NCBI GenBank assembly: GCA_052426225.1
Contig: JBNJNM010000021.1
Span: 2,728,001-2,792,000 of the forward strand
Source of the DNA: Zancudomyces culisetae HAW-14-8
Lineage: Eukaryota; Fungi; Kickxellomycota
Reading direction: 5' to 3'
Length of the DNA: 64,000 nucleotides
Positions within the stretch are counted from its first letter, which is position 1. Each line of letters opens with the position of its first letter. Under the pieces are notes generated by a model that did no database searches, was not told where the DNA came from, and worked only from the letters and a program-made list of their open reading frames with translations. This document shows, one piece after another, positions 61,185 through 64,000 of the stretch. The position numbers and the translations under genes are program-made.

Positions 61185-62897
61185 ATGATTAGTGCAAAGA
61201 AATTAGTTGGATCAGCAAGAGTTGGAACCTTCGGTCATGGCAAGTGATTATTTTTATTGTTGTTGTTGTTGTTTTGTTCTTTTGTTCTCAAAAAGACCTT
61301 GTCACCCTGAGATTTCTTTATTGTACTATTAACTACCTTACTAAAAAAAACAAATGAATGCGAAAAAAAAGGTATAATAGGAGTGAACCGAATACTACAA
61401 TCCGCCAATAACAGTAACAGTGTCAGCACCAGGCAAATAGTACTGGGTTCGAGATATCTCTGCAATTCAGCACCAAGACAAAGCAATTTAAACCATATTG
61501 AACCTTTGCAAACAAGCGATAATGTAAACACTCGGCAACGAAACTCGCAATTACAATTACAATCCCAAAGCTCTAAAGCATTTTTTGGAACACGTCACCA
61601 TCAGTTGCAAAATTTGAGACTGGCTGAGATTTGTGTAAATATTGTAGCTGATGGTATGCGCCAGAGACGGTGGTATTCGGCCGAAAAGTCACAACCGGGC
61701 GCTGAAAGTGGAAAAGAAAAGGACAGTGCACCACCTACCAAAACTACAGATGCCAAGGATAACCTCACTACTGCTCAAGAACAGCAAGTAACCAAACAGT
61801 CAGAAACCAAGAAATCTACACTTTGGGATAAAGTTAAGCATGAAGCCAGGCATTACTGGGACGGAACCAAGTTGTTTGGTAAAGAATTAAAGATTTCGAC
61901 TAAATTGGTCATCAAGGTATTAGCTGGTAATAAGTTGACCAGGAGAGAAAACCGGCAATTGAAAAGAACACTTATAGACTTGGTGCGATTGGTACCGTTT
62001 TCTCTATTTGTAATTATTCCATTTGCCGAATTGTTGTTGCCATTTGCACTCAAGATATACCCAGACTTACTACCATCGACGTATGAAGACAAGGCAACAA
62101 AAGAAAAAAAGGCACAGCAATTGACCAAAATCCGTAATGAAATGTCGGTATTTTTGAGAGGAACCATTAAAGAGGGATTAGAATTGAAGAAAAAGAAAGA
62201 GCTTGCAGAAAAGCAACTTATTGAAGCTGGTCAAAGCACTGACACTGTTGTTGACGTTGAGAGTATTGAACCAAGCTTTGAGGATGCGGAACGTATTCTT
62301 ACTCAATTACGCTCAGGAAAGGATGTTTCTAACCAGGACATGATGAAACTAGTTAAACTATTGGAAAACAATCTTACGCTAGACAATCTCAGTAGACCAC
62401 AATTGATTTCCATATGTCGATATTTGGGAATTAAATCGTTTGGAACTGATAATTATCTCAAACACCAGATTCAAAAGCGTATGCAGTACATATTGGCAGA
62501 TGACAAATTGATTTCATCTGAAGGCGTTGAAACATTGACAATTCCCGAATTACAAAGTGCTTGTATAGCAAGAGGAATTAAATCCGCTGGTATATCCCCC
62601 GGCAAAATGCGAGAGGATTTGGAAAACTGGTTGGACCTACATTTGGTTCAAAAAGTTCCCGCAGTCTTTTTAATTCTTTCTCGAATTTTGTTCCGTGATA
62701 CTGTTAACGCCGATCTGCATCACGATGCTCTTAGAGTTACTCTATCTTCACTGCCCGATAACCTAGTTAATGAAGTTACTTTGTCTTTGGCTGAACGTGA
62801 AGGTACTGCTACTAACAAACAGAGATTGGAAGTTCTTGAAGAACAGGAAGAATTGATGGAGGAAGAAACTGAACAAGAACAATTGAAAAAACCTTAA
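61185..62897 (+). CDS. MDM38: LETM1/Mdm38 mitochondrial inner-membrane protein, 2 exons
   Basis: HYWDGTKLF, LTRRENRQLKRT, DLVRLVPFSLFVIIPFAELLLP, LPSTYE, LDNLSRPQL, ELQSACIARG. Short basic first exon from ATG 61185. Confidence 0.92.
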
Positions 62898-63238
62898 AAG
62901 AAGCCCCCCCTCCCCTTCTCTTTTTTATTCATTCTTTTCCCTATAGACATAATATAATCCTATTCTATTGTTTTTAATATGCTGATGTTTGAATGTTTGA
63001 ATGTTTGTAATTTTCAAGAGTATGTGTATTTTTTTTTTCTTTTTTCAAGAAATAATAAAAAAAAGTACAACATTGATTTAGAAAATCTGATATTTTTGAT
63101 GACTTTTTTATTATTTTTGTGACAACGCTTTTGTTTTTGTTTTAATTGTACAAAGTAAATTCAATTCCTTTTATATGTCATCTTTGCTCCCTTACATTCT
63201 TCCACTCCCAAAAAAAAATATATATATATATATATCAA

Positions 63239-64000
63239 ATGGACCAAAAAAACATATTAAACCAAATAAAATCAATCTTACTAAATGCCCTAGAAAGAAA
63301 CAATTCGATATTACCAACCACACTTATCACACAACTTGTCCTAACTCTCTCTCGAACGATTTTCAATCATCACAACACCCCAAACACAAACGGGCTGCAA
63401 CAGAAAAAGCTGAACCCACGACGGGCACGAATGAGGACTGTATATTTTTGGCTATTGAAATCTATGCCCTGTTGTTAGGTGCGAAGGCCACAATCTCGCC
63501 AACACCAGTATATATAAATAGGCATATTGTGTTACGGCCTGTCCATTACATGTTACCATTTCCTGTTGCTGAAAGGATTCTGGTGAGTTTGGGACAGTTC
63601 TTTGGCCTAAAAGATGTGTCTAGTGATACAAGAGATAATGTAAATAGTAACAGCAATAGTGGTGGAGAAGAAAAACAAGAAGTAGAGGGGTTTAAATACT
63701 CTAATAGGGTCAGAGTTCGGGCTATCGAAGTCTTTGAATTGTTTTTAAATAAAGTTGAGTATGTTATACCAATTTCGCAACAGCCTGAACTACTGCAGAA
63801 AACACATGGCGGTAATTCGAATATGAACATGAATATGGATTCTTCCAAATACTCCGGGAACTGACTTGGTAACGTTGGCCGAATACCTGAATATGCAAAG
63901 GCAAGCGAATTTACTTGGCATTTTGTATTTGTGGATTATTGGATAATGTGACGGATATAGAGAACAACCATAATAACTTTAATGAACATTACCTCACAAA
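63239..64000 (+). CDS. 5' part of a helical-repeat protein, possibly TTI1-like, with apparent indels and truncated by the window end
   Basis: Amphipathic helical segments in successive frames (MDQKNILNQIKSILL..., EDCIFLAIEIYALLL, YSNRVRVRAIEVFELFL, LAEYLNMQRQANLLGIL). Family assignment is weak. Confidence 0.4.

Overview
Gene-dense, AT-rich eukaryotic DNA with short GT-AG introns. Gene content is fungal; the compact introns, intronless ankyrin gene and composition resemble an early-diverging fungus such as Kickxellomycotina/Harpellales (inference only). About 23 protein genes can be supported, mostly housekeeping: RRP15, a SET protein, VPS9, RPT1, SPT16, VPS1, an F-BAR/SH3 protein, PPWD1, a U1-type zinc-finger protein, GMH1/UNC-50, a USP12/46-type deubiquitinase, RAD3/XPD, BUB2 and MDM38. 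No rRNA, tRNA, CRISPR array or transposase was seen. Main observations: (1) a repeating purine-to-pyrimidine skew on the + strand that shapes synonymous codon use and crosses gene boundaries; (2) an intact spliced DHX35-like DEAH protein that has lost all its catalytic motifs; (3) two membrane-anchored RING-H2 paralogs lacking the conserved RING Trp but sharing an LPxY motif; (4) a secreted protein resembling the Methyltransf_FA (FAMeT) domain; (5) an intronless F-box-like/ankyrin gene; (6) clustered single-base indels, probably assembly errors. Exon boundaries were read by eye and no database searches were run.
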